A stretch of 64,000 nt of DNA. Origin: Eledone cirrhosa (Eukaryota). Below the pieces are notes generated by a model, which was not told the origin of the DNA, ran no database searches, and worked only from the letters and a program-made list of their open reading frames with translations. Each line of letters opens with the position of its first letter. Positions within the stretch are counted from its first letter, which is position 1. Made by a program: the position numbers and the translations under genes. The stretch is taken from NCBI GenBank assembly GCA_964016885.1, contig OZ024741.1:8060001-8124000 (forward strand), in the 5' to 3' direction. Positions 13,906 through 29,200 of this stretch are shown here, piece by piece.

Positions 13906-14245
13906 CAAACCATTATAAATCCTTATGAATTAATTTCTATGATTTAATTTCTAATTTTTATAAATATTGATCTAAATGTGAGATAATTAATGAATAAATT
14001 CTATTAAATCTCTGCTAAATTTATTTTATCATCGTTTATACGTGGGAAAAAACAAAACACTTATTACAATTGTTGCTTAATTAATGATAAATTTGATAAT
14101 TAATTTAAGTTTCTTTTTAAGGACATGTGAATACTGCCTAACTCTTCCTCGCTCTATCAACAAATCTGATTTGGACTAAATACAGTTTTTATTATTCACA
14201 GTTGTATATCATTATAAATTGTTCATAATTCTTTCAGAATGAAAA

Positions 14246-17200
14246 TATAAACACATATAATAAATACAACTAACAACTGCTAGGAGCCTCACAACTATAT
14301 ATACATATAATAAATACAACTAACAACTGCTAGGAACCTCACAACTATATATACATATAATAAATAAAACTAACAACTGCTAGGAGCCTCACAACTATGT
14401 ATACATATAATAAATACAACTAACAACTGCTAGGAGTCTCACAACTATATATACATATAATAAATACAACTAACAACTGCTTGGAACCTCACATCTATAT
14501 ATACATATAATAAATACAACTAACAAGTGCTAGGAGCCTCACAACTATATATACATATAATAAATACAACTAACAACTGCTAGGAACCTCACAATTATAT
14601 ATAGATATAATAATTGTTTCTACTTTAGGCACAAGGCCAGCAATTACCCAGTGTATTACTGGTACTTTATTTTATCGACCCCGTAAGGATGAAAGGCAAA
14701 GTCAACCTCGGCGGGATACAACTAACAACTGCTAGGAGCCACACAACTATATATACATATAATAAATACAACTAACAACTGCTAGGAGCCTCACAACCAT
14801 ATATACATATAATAAATACAACTAACAACTGCTAGGAACCTCACAACTATATATACATATAATAAATACAACTAACAACTGCAAGGAAACTCACAACTAT
14901 ATATACATATAATAAATACAACTAACAACTGCTAGGAGCCTCACAACTATAAATACATATAATAAATATAACTAACAACTGCTAGGAACCTCACATCTAT
15001 ATATACATATAATAAATACAACTAACAACTGCTAGGAGACTCACAACTATATATACATATAATAAATACAACTAACAACTGTTCGGAACCTCACAACTTG
15101 AAATACATATAATAAATACAACTAACAACTGCTAGGAACCTCACAGCTATATATATATATAATAAATACAACTAACAACAGCTAGGAGCCTCACAACTAT
15201 AAATAAATATAATAAATACAACCAACATTTGTTAGGAACCTCACAACTATATATACATATAATAAATACAACTAACAACTGCTAGGAGCCTCACAACTAT
15301 AAATACATATAATAAATAAAACTAACAACAGCTAGGAACCTCACAACTATATATACATATAATAAATACAACTAACAACTGGTAGAAACCTGACAACTAT
15401 ATATACATATAATAAATACAACTAACAACTGCTAGGAACCTCACATTTATATATACATATAATAAATACAACTAACAACTGCTAGGAGCCTCACAACTAT
15501 AAATACATATAATAAATACAACTAACAACTGCTAGGAGCCTCACAACTATAAATACATATAATAAATACAACTAACAACTGCTAGGAGCCTCACAACTAT
15601 ATATATATATAATAAATACAACCAACAACTGCTAGGAACCTCACAACTATATATACATATAATAAATACAACTAACAACTGCTAGGAGCCTCACAACTAT
15701 ATATACATATAATACATACAACTAACAACTGCTAGGAACCTCACAACGATATATACATAAAATAAATACAATTAATAACTGCTAGGAAACTCACAACTAT
15801 ATATACATATAATAAACATATAATAAATACAAATAACAACTGCTAGGAACCTCACAACTATAAATACATATAATAAATACAACTAACAACAGCTAGGAAC
15901 CTCACAACTATAAATACATATAATAAATACAACTAACGACTGCTAGGAACCTCACAACTATATATATATATAATAAATACAACTAACAACAGCTAGGAGC
16001 CTCACAAATATATATACATATAATAAATACAACTAACAACTACTAGGAACCTGCCAACTATAAATATATATAATAAATACAACTAACCACTGCTAGGAGC
16101 CTCACAACTATAAATACATATAATAAATACAACTAACAACAGCTAGGAGCCTCACAACTATATATACATATAATAAATACAACTAACAACTGCTAGGAGC
16201 CTCACAACTATATATACATATAATAAATACAACTAACAACTGCTAGGAACCTCACAACTATATAACATATAATACATACAACTAACAACTGCTAGGAACC
16301 TCACAACTATATATACATATAATAAATACAACTAAGAACTGCTAGGAACCTCACAATTATATATACATATAATAAATACAACTAAGAACTGCTAGAAACC
16401 TCACAACTATATATACATATAATAAACACAACTAAGAACTGCTAGGAACCTCACAACTATAAATACATATAATAAATACAACTAACAACTGCTAGGAACC
16501 TCACAACTATAAATACATATAATAAATAAAACTAACAACAGCTAGGAACCTCACATCTATATATACATATAATAAATACAACTAACAACTGCTAGGAGCC
16601 TCACAACTATAAATACATATAATAAATAAAACTAACAACAGCTAGGAACCTCACAACTATATATACATATAATAAATACAACTAACAACTGGTAGAAACC
16701 TCACAACTATATATACATATAATACATACAACTAACAACTGCTAGGAACCTCACAACTATATATACATATAATACATACAACTAACAACTGCTAGGAACC
16801 TCACAACTATATATACATATAATAAACACAACTAACAACTGCTAGGAACCTCACAACTATAAATACATATAATAAATACAACTAGCAACTGCTAGGAAAC
16901 TCACAACTATAAATACATATAATAAATAAAACTAACAACAGCTAGGAACCTCACAACAATATATACATATAATAAATACGACTAACAACTGCTAGCAGCA
17001 TCACAACTATATATACATATAATAAATACAAGTAACACTTGCTAGGAGCCTCACAACTATAAATACATATAATAAATACAACTAACAATTGTTAGGAAAC
17101 TCACAACTATATATACATATAATAAATACAACTAACAACTGCTAAGAGCCTCACAACTATAAATAAATATAATAAATACAACTAACAACTGCTAGCAACC

Positions 17201-20200
17201 TCACAACTATAAATAAATATAAAAAATACAACTAACAACTGCTAGGAACCTCACAACTATATATACATATAATAAATACAACTAACAACTGCTAGGAGCC
17301 TCACAACTATATATACATATAATAAATACAACTAACAACAGCTAGGAACCTCACAACTATTTATACATGTAATAAATACAACTAACAACTGCTAGGAACC
17401 TCGCAACTATAAATACAGATAATAAATAGAACTAACAACTGCTAGGAGCCTCTCAACTATAAGTACATATAATAAATACAACTAACAACTGCTAGGAGTC
17501 TCACAACAATATATACATATAATAAATACAACTAACAACTGCTAAGAGCCTCACAACTATAAATACATATAATAAATACAACTAACAACTGCTAGGAGCC
17601 TCACAACTATAAATACATATAATAAATACAACTAACAACAGCTAGGTGCCTCACAACTATATATACAAATAATAAATACAACTAACAACTGCTAGGAGCC
17701 TCACAACTACATATACATATAATAAATACAACTAACAACTGCTAGGAACCTCACAACTATATATACATATAATACATACAACTAACAACTGCTAGGAACC
17801 TCACAACTATATATACATATAATAAACACAACTAACAACTGCTAGGAACCTCACAACTATATATACATATAATAAATACAACTAACAACTGCTAGGAGCC
17901 TCACAACTATATATTAATATAATAAATACAACTAACAACTGCTAGGAACCTGACAACTATAAATACATATAATAAATACAACTATCAACTGCTAGGAGCC
18001 TCACAACTATATATTAATATAATAAATACAACTAACAACTGCTAAGAGCCTCACAACTATAAATAGATATTATAAATACAACTAACAACTGCTAGGAGCC
18101 TCACAACTATAAATACATATAATAAATACAACTAACAACTGCTAGGAACCTCACATTTATATATACATATAATAAATACAACTAACAACTGCTAGGAGCC
18201 TCACAACTACATATACATATAATAAATACAACTAACAACTGCTAGGAGCCTCACAACTATAAATACATATAATAAATACAACTAACAACAGCTAGGTGCC
18301 TCACAACTATATATACAAATAATAAATACAACTAACATCTGCTAGGAACCTCACATCTATAAATAAATATAAAAAATACAACTAACAACTGCTAGGAGCC
18401 TCACAACTATATATTAATATAATAAATACAACTAACAACTGCTAGGAACCTGACAACTATAAATACATATAATAAATACAACTATCAACTGCTAGGAGCC
18501 TCACAACTATATATTAATATAATAAATACAACTAACAACTGCTAAGAGCCTCACAACTATAAATAGATATTATAAATACAACTAACAACTGCTAGGAGCC
18601 TCACAACTATAAATACATATAATAAATACAACTAACAACTGCTAGGAACCTCACATTTATATATACATATAATAAATACAACTAACAACTGCTAGGAGCC
18701 TCACAACTATAAATACATATAATAAATACAACTAAAAACTGCTAGGAACCTGACAACTATAAATACATATAATAAATACAACTAACAACTGCTAGGAGCC
18801 TCACAACTATATATACATATAATAAATACAACTAACAACTGCTAGGAGCCTCACAACTATAAATACATATAATAAATACAACTAACAACTGCTAGGAGCC
18901 TCACAACTATATATACATATAATAAATACAATCAACAACTGCTAGGAACCTCACAACTATATATACATATAATAAATACAACTAACAACTGCTAGGAGCC
19001 TCACAACTATATATACATATAATACATACAACTAACAACTGCTAGGAACCTCACAACTATATATACATAAAATAAATACAATTAATAACTGCTAGGAACC
19101 TCACAACTATATATACATATAATAAACATATAATAAATACAAATAACAACTGCTAGGAACCTCACAACTATAAATACATATAATAAATACAACTAACAAC
19201 AGCTAGGAACCTCACAACTATAAATACATATAATAAATACAACTAACGACTGCTAGGAACCTCACAACTATATATATATATAATAAATACAACTAACAAC
19301 AGCTAGGAGCCTCACAAATATATATACATATAATAAATACAACTAACAACTACTAGGAACCTGCCAACTATAAATATATATAATAAATACAACTAACCAC
19401 TGCTAGGAGCCTCACAACTATAAATACATATAATAAATACAACTAACAACAGCTAGGAGCCTCACAACTATATATACATATAATAAATACAACTAACAAC
19501 TGCTAGGAGCCTCACAACTATATATACATATCATAAATACAACTAACAACTGCTAGGAACCTCACAACTATATAACATATAATACATACAACTAACAACT
19601 GCTAGGAACCTCACAACTATATATACATATAATAAATACAACTAAGAACTGCTAGGAACCTCACAACTATATATACATATAATAAATACAACTAAGAACT
19701 GCTAGAAACCTCACAACTATATATACATATAATAAACACAACTAAGAACTGCTAGGAACCTCACAACTATAAATACATAAAATAAATACAACTAACAACT
19801 GCTAGGAACCTCACAACTATAAATACATATAATAAATAAAACTAACAATAGCTAGGAACCTCACATCTATATATACATATAATAAATACAACTAACAACT
19901 GCTAGGAGCCTCACAACTATAAATACATATAATAAATAAAACTAACCACAGCTAGGAAACTCACAACTATATATACATATAATAAATACAACTAACAACT
20001 GGTAGAAACCTCACAACTATATATACATATAATACATACAACTAACAACTGCTAGGAACTTCACAACTATATATACATATAATACATACAACTAACAACT
20101 GCTAGGAACCTCACAACTATATATACATATAATAAATACAACTAAGAACTGCTAGGAACCTCACAACTATATATACATATAATAAACACAACTAACAACT

Positions 20201-23200
20201 GCTAGGAACCTCACAACTATATATACATATAATAAATACAACTAACAACTGCTAGGAACCTCACAACTATAAATACATATAATAAATACAACTAACAACT
20301 GCTAGGAAACTCACAATTATAAATACATATAATAAATAAAACTAACAACAGCTAGGAACCTCACAACTATATATACATATAATAAATACAACTAACAACT
20401 GCTAGCAGCATCACAACTATATATACATATAATAAATACAAGTAACACTTGCTAGGAGCCTCACAACTATAAATACATATAATAAATACAACTAACAATT
20501 GTTAGGAACCTCACAACTATATATACATATAATAAATACAACTAACAACTGCTAGGAGCCTCACAACTATAAATACATATAATAAATACAACTAACAACT
20601 GCTAGCAACCTCACAACTATAAATAAATATAAAAAATACAACTAACAACTGCTAGGAACCTCACAACTATATATACATATAATAAATACAAATAACAACT
20701 GCTAGGAGCATCACAACTATATATACATATAATAAATACAACTAACAACAGCTAGGAACCTCACAACTATTTATACATGTAATAAATACAACTAACAACT
20801 GCTAGGAGCCTCACAACTATATATACATATAATAAATACGACTAAAAACTGCTAGGAACCTCAAAACAATATATACATATAATAAATACAACTAACAACT
20901 GATAAGAACCTCACAACTATATATACATTTAATAAATACAACTAACTACTGCTAGGAACCTCGCAACTATAAATACAGATAATAAATAGAACTAACAACT
21001 GCTAGGAGCCTCTCAACTATAAGTACATATAATAAATACAACTAACAACTGCTAGGAGTCTCACAACAATATATACATATAATAAATACAACTAACAACT
21101 GCTAAGAGCCTCACAACTATAAATACATATAATAAATACAACTAACAACAGCTAGGAGCCTCACAACTATATATATATATAATAAATACAACCAACAACT
21201 GCTAGGAACCTCACAACTATATATACATATAATAAATACAACTAACAACTGCTAGGAGCCTCACAACTATATATACATATAATACATACAACTAACAACT
21301 GCTAGGAACCTCACAACTATATATACATAAAATAAATACAATTAATAACTGCTAGGAACCTCACAACTATATATACATATAATAAACATATAATAAATAC
21401 AAATAACAACTGCTAGGAACCTCACAACTATAAATACATATAATAAATACAACTAACAACTGCTAGGAACCTCACAACTATATATATATATAATAAATAC
21501 AACTAACAACAGCTAGGAGCCTCACAAATGTATATACATATAATAAATACAACTAACAACTACTAGGAACCTGCCAACTATAAATATATATAATAAATAC
21601 AACTAACCACTGCTAGGAGCCTCACAACTATAAATACATATAATAAATACAACTAACAACAGCTAGGAGCCTCACAACTATATATACATATAATAAATAC
21701 AACTAACAACTGCTAGGAGCCTCACAACTATATATACATATAATAAATACAACTAACAACTGCTAGGAACCTCACAACTATATAACATATAATACATACA
21801 ACTAACAACTGCTAGGAACCTCACAACTATATATACATATAATAAATACAACTAAGAACTGCTAGAAACCTCACAACTATATATACATATAATAAACACA
21901 ACTAAGAACTGCTAGGAACCTCACAACTATAAATACATATAATAAATACAACTAACAACTGCTAGGAACCTCACAACTATAAATACATATAATAAATAAA
22001 ACTAACAACAGCTAGGAACCTCACATCTATATATACATATAATAAATACAACTAACAACTGCTAGGAGCCTCACAACTATAAATACATATAATAAATAAA
22101 ACTAACCACAGCTAGGAAACTCACAACTATATATACATATAATAAATACAACTAACAACTGGTAGAAACCTCACAACTATATATACATATAATACATACA
22201 ACTAACAACTGCTAGGAACCTCACAACTATATATACATATAATACATACAACTAACAACTGCTAGGAACCTGACAACTATAAATACATATAATAAATACA
22301 ACTATCAACTGCTAGGAGCCTCACAACTATATATTAATATAATAAATACAACTAACAACTGCTAAGAGCCTCACAACTATAAATAGATATTATAAATACA
22401 ACTAACAACTGCTAGGAGCCTCACAACTATACATACATATAATAAATACAACTAACAACTGCTAGGAACCTCACATTTATATATACATATAATAAATACA
22501 ACTAACAACTGCTAGGAGCCTCACAACTACATATACATATAATAAATACAACTAACAACTGCTAGGAGCCTCACAACTATAAATACATATAATAAATACA
22601 ACTAACAACAGCTAGGTGCCTCACAACTATATATACAAATAATAAATACAACTAACATCTGCTAGGAACCTCACATCTATAAATAAATATAAAAAATACA
22701 ACTAACAACTGCTAGGAGCCTCACAACTATATATTAATATAATAAATACAACTAACAACTGCTAGGAACCTGACAACTATAAATACATATAATAAATACA
22801 ACTATCAACTGCTAGGAGCCTCACAACTATATATTAATATAATAAATACAACTAACAACTGCTAAGAGCCTCACAACTATAAATAGATATTATAAATACA
22901 ACTAACAACTGCTAGGAGCCTCACAACTATAAATACATATAATAAATACAACTAACAACTGCTAGGAACCTCACATTTATATATACATATAATAAATACA
23001 ACTAACAACTGCTAGGAGCCTCACAACTATAAATACATATAATAAATACAACTAAAAACTGCTAGGAACCTGACAACTATAAATACATATAATAAATACA
23101 ACTAACAACTGCTAGGAGCCTCACAACTATATATACATATAATAAATACAACTAACAACTGCTAGGAGCCTCACAACTATAAATACATATAATAAATACA

Positions 23201-26200
23201 ACTAACAACTGCTAGGAGCCTCACAACTATATATACATATAATAAATACAATCAACAACTGCTAGGAACCTCACAACTATATATACATATAATAAATACA
23301 ACTAACAACTGCTAGCAGCCTCACAACTATATATACATATAATACATACAACTAACAACTGCTAGGAACCTCACAACTATATATACATAAAATAAATACA
23401 ATTAATAACTGCTAGGAACCTCACAACTATATATACATATAATAAACATATAATAAATACAAATAACAACTGCTAGGAACCTCACAACTATAAATACATA
23501 TAATAAATACAACTAACAACAGCTAGGAACCTCACAACTATAAATACATATAATAAATACAACTAACGACTGCTAGGAACCTCACAACTATATATATATA
23601 TAATAAATACAACTAACAACAGCTAGGAGCCTCACAAATATATATACATATAATAAATACAACTAACAACTACTAGGAACCTGCCAACTATAAATATATA
23701 TAATAAATACAACTAACCACTGCTAGGAGCCTCACAACTATAAATACATATAATAAATACAACTAACAACAGCTAGGAGCCTCACAACTATATATACATA
23801 TAATAAATACAACTAACAACTGCTAGGAGCCTCACAACTATATATACATATCATAAATACAACTAACAACTGCTAGGAACCTCACAACTATATAACATAT
23901 AATACATACAACTAACAACTGCTAGGAACCTCACAACTATATATACATATAATAAATACAACTAAGAACTGCTAGGAACCTCACAACTATATATACATAT
24001 AATAAATACAACTAAGAACTGCTAGAAACCTCACAACTATATATACATATAATAAACACAACTAAGAACTGCTAGGAACCTCACAACTATAAATACATAA
24101 AATAAATACAACTAACAACTGCTAGGAACCTCACAACTATAAATACATATAATAAATAAAACTAACAATAGCTAGGAACCTCACATCTATATATACATAT
24201 AATAAATACAACTAACAACTGCTAGGAGCCTCACAACTATAAATACATATAATAAATAAAACTAACCACAGCTAGGAAACTCACAACTATATATACATAT
24301 AATAAATACAACTAACAACTGGTAGAAACCTCACAACTATATATACATATAATACATACAACTAACAACTGCTAGGAACTTCACAACTATATATACATAT
24401 AATACATACAACTAACAACTGCTAGGAACCTCACAACTATATATACATATAATAAATACAACTAAGAACTGCTAGGAACCTCACAACTATATATACATAT
24501 AATAAACACAACTAACAACTGCTAGGAACCTCACAACTATATATACATATAATAAATACAACTAACAACTGCTAGGAACCTCACAACTATAAATACATAT
24601 AATAAATACAACTAACAACTGCTAGGAAACTCACAATTATAAATACATATAATAAATAAAACTAACAACAGCTAGGAACCTCACAACTATATATACATAT
24701 AATAAATACAACTAACAACTGCTAGCAGCATCACAACTATATATACATATAATAAATACAAGTAACACTTGCTAGGAGCCTCACAACTATAAATACATAT
24801 AATAAATACAACTAACAATTGTTAGGAACCTCACAACTATATATACATATAATAAATACAACTAACAACTGCTAGGAGCCTCACAACTATAAATACATAT
24901 AATAAATACAACTAACAACTGCTAGCAACCTCACAACTATAAATAAATATAAAAAAATACAACTAACAACTGCTAGGAACCTCACAACTATATATACATA
25001 TAATAAATACAAATAACAACTGCTAGGAGCATCACAACTATATATACATATAATAAATACAACTAACAACAGCTAGGAACCTCACAACTATTTATACATG
25101 TAATAAATACAACTAACAACTGCTAGGAGCCTCACAACTATATATACATATAATAAATACGACTAAAAACTGCTAGGAACCTCAAAACAATATATACATA
25201 TAATAAATACAACTAACAACTGATAAGAACCTCACAACTATATATACATTTAATAAATACAACTAACTACTGCTAGGAACCTCGCAACTATAAATACAGA
25301 TAATAAATAGAACTAACAACTGCTAGGAGCCTCTCAACTATAAGTACATATAATAAATACAACTAACAACTGCTAGGAGTCTCACAACAATATATACATA
25401 TAATAAATACAACTAACAACTGCTAAGAGCCTCACAACTATAAATACATATAATAAATACAACTAACAACAGCTAGGAGCCTCACAACTATATATATATA
25501 TAATAAATACAACCAACAACTGCTAGGAACCTCACAACTATATATACATATAATAAATACAACTAACAACTGCTAGGAGCCTCACAACTATATATACATA
25601 TAATACATACAACTAACAACTGCTAGGAACCTCACAACTATATATACATAAAATAAATACAATTAATAACTGCTAGGAACCTCACAACTATATATACATA
25701 TAATAAACATATAATAAATACAAATAACAACTGCTAGGAACCTCACAACTATAAATACATATAATAAATACAACTAACGACTGCTAGGAACCTCACAACT
25801 ATATATATATATAATAAATACAACTAACAACAGCTAGGAGCCTCACAAATGTATATACATATAATAAATACAACTAACAACTACTAGGAACCTGCCAACT
25901 ATAAATATATATAATAAATACAACTAACCACTGCTAGGAGCCTCACAACTATAAATACATATAATAAATACAACTAACAACAGCTAGGAGCCTCACAACT
26001 ATATATACATATAATAAATACAACTAACAACTGCTAGGAGCCTCACAACTATATATACATATAATAAATACAACTAACAACTGCTTGGAACCTCACAACT
26101 ATATAACATATAATACATACAACTAACAACTGCTAGGAACCTCACAACTATATATACATATAATAAATACAACTAAGAACTGCTAGAAACCTCACAACTA

Positions 26201-29200
26201 TATATACATATAATAAACACAACTAAGAACTGCTAGGAACCTCACAACTATAAATACATATAATAAATACAACTAACAACTGCTAGGAACCTCACAACTA
26301 TAAATACATATAATAAATAAAACTAACAACAGCTAGGAACCTCACATCTATATATACATATAATAAATACAACTAACAACTGCTAGGAGCCTCACAACTA
26401 TAAATACATATAATAAATAAAACTAACCACAGCTAGGAAACTCACAACTATATATACATATAATAAATACAACTAACAACTGGTAGAAACCTCACAACTA
26501 TATATACATATAATACATACAACTAACAACTGCTAGGAACCTCACAACTATATATACATATAATACATACAACTAACAACTGCTAGGAACCTCACAACTA
26601 TATATACATATAATAAATACAACTAAGAGCTGCTAGGAACCTCACAACTATATATACATATAATAAACACAACTAACAACTGCTAGGAACCTCACAACTA
26701 TATATACATATAATAAATACAACTAACAACTGCTAGGAAACTCACAATTATAAATACATATAATAAATAAAACTAACAACAGATAGGAACCTCACAACTA
26801 GATATACATATAATAAATACAACTAACAACTGCTAGCAGCATCACAACTATATATACATATAATAAATACAAGTAACACTTGCTAGGAGCCTCACAACTA
26901 TAAATACATATAATAAATACAACTAACAATTGTTAGGAACCTCACAACTATATATACATATAATAAATACAACTAACAACTGCTAGGAGCCTCACAATTA
27001 TAAATACATATAATAAATACAACTAACAACTGCTAGCAACCTCACAACTATAAATAAATATAAAAAATACAACTAACAACTGCTAGGAACCTCACAACTA
27101 TATATACATATAATAAATACAACTAACAACTGCTAGGAGCATCACAACTATATATACATATAGTAAATACAACTAACAACAGCTAGGAACCTCACAACTA
27201 TTTATACATGTAATAAATACAACTAACAACTGCTAGGAGCCTCACAACTATATATACATATAATAAATACGACTAAAAACTGCTAGGAACCTCAAAACAA
27301 TATATACATATAATAAATACAACTAACAACTGATAAGAACCTCACAACTATATATACATTTAATAAATACAACTAACTACTGCTAGGAACCTCGCAACTA
27401 TAAATACAGATAATAAATAGAACTAACAACTGCTAGGAGCCTCTCAACTATAAGTACATATAATAAATACAACTAACAACTGCTAGGAGTCTCACAACAA
27501 TATATACATATAATAAATACAACTAACAACTGCTAAGAGCCTCACAACTATAAATACATATAATAAATACAACTAACAACTGCTAGGAGCCTCACAACTA
27601 TAAATACATATAATAAATACAACTAACAACAGCTAGGAACCTCACAACTATATATACATATAATAAATACAACTAACAACTGGTAGAAACCTCACAACTA
27701 TATATACATATAATACATACAACTAACAACTGCTAGGAACCTCACAACTATATATACATATAATAAATACAACTAAGAACTGCTAGGAACCTCACAACTA
27801 TATATACATATAATAAACACAACTAACAACTGCTAGGAACCTCACAACTATAAATACATATAATAAATACAACTAACAACTGCTAGGAAACTCACAACTA
27901 TAAATACATATAATAAATAAAACTAACAACAGCTAGGAACCTCACAACTATATATACATATAATAAATACAACTAACAACTGCTAGCAGCATCACAACTA
28001 TATATACATATAATAAATACAAGTAACACTTGCTAGGAGACTCACAACTATAAATACATATAATAAATACAACTAACATTTGTTAGGAAACTCACAACTA
28101 TATATACATATAATAAATACAACTAACAACTGCTAAGAGCCTCACAACTATAAATAAATATAATAAATACAACTAACAACTGCTAGCAACCTCACAACTA
28201 TAAATAAATATATAAAATACAACTAACAACTGCTAGGAACCTCACAACTATATATACATATAATAAATACAACTAACAACTGCTAGGAGCCTCACAACTA
28301 TATATACATATAATAAATACAACTAACAACAGCTAGGAACCTCACAACTATTTATACATGTAATAAATACAACTAACAACTGCTAGGAGCCTCACAACTA
28401 TATATATATATAATAAATACGACTAAAAACTGCTAGGAACCTCAAAACAATATATACATATAATAAATACAACTAACAACTGATAAGAACCTCACAACTA
28501 TATATACATTTAATAAATACAACTAACTACTGCTAGGAACCTCGCAACTATAAATACAGATAATAAATAGAACTAACAACTGCTAGGAGCCTCTCAACTA
28601 TAAGTACATATAATAAATACAACTAACAACTGCTAGGAGTCTCACAACAATATATACATATAATAAATACAACTAACAACTGCTAAGAGCCTCACAACTA
28701 TAAATACATATAATAAATACAACTAACAACTGCTAGGAGCCTCACAACTATAAATACATATAATAAATACAACTAACAACAGCTAGGTGCCTCACAACTA
28801 TATATACAAATAATAAATACAACTAACAACTGCTAGGAGCCTCACAACTACATATACATATAATAAATACAACTAACAACTGCTAGGAACCTCACAACTA
28901 TATATACATATAATACATACAACTAACAACTGCTAGGAACCTCACAACTATATATACATATAATAAAAACAACTAAGAACTGCTAGGAACCTCACAACTA
29001 TATATACATATAATAAACACAACTAACAACTGCTAGGAACCTCACAACTATATATACATATAATAAATACAACTAACATCTGCTAGGAACCTCACATCTA
29101 TAAATAAATATAAAAAATACAACTAACAACTGCTAGGAGCCTCACAACTATATATTAATATAATAAATACAACTAACAACTGCTAGGAACCTGACAACTA

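Noticed and set aside
13627-13947. ORFs and possible GT/AC fold-back in the compound microsatellite
   Set aside because: Dinucleotide repeat artefacts; such mosaics are common and show no specific signal.
13340-14245. Possible host exons (CAG/GTGAGG at ~13373, TTTTTAAG at ~14120, TTTCAG at ~14237)
   Set aside because: Isolated splice-like motifs with no supported reading frame or homology; RNA-seq would be needed.
24887-25069. 60-aa ORF within the satellite
   Set aside because: Chance loss of stops around a 1-bp insertion in the repeat.
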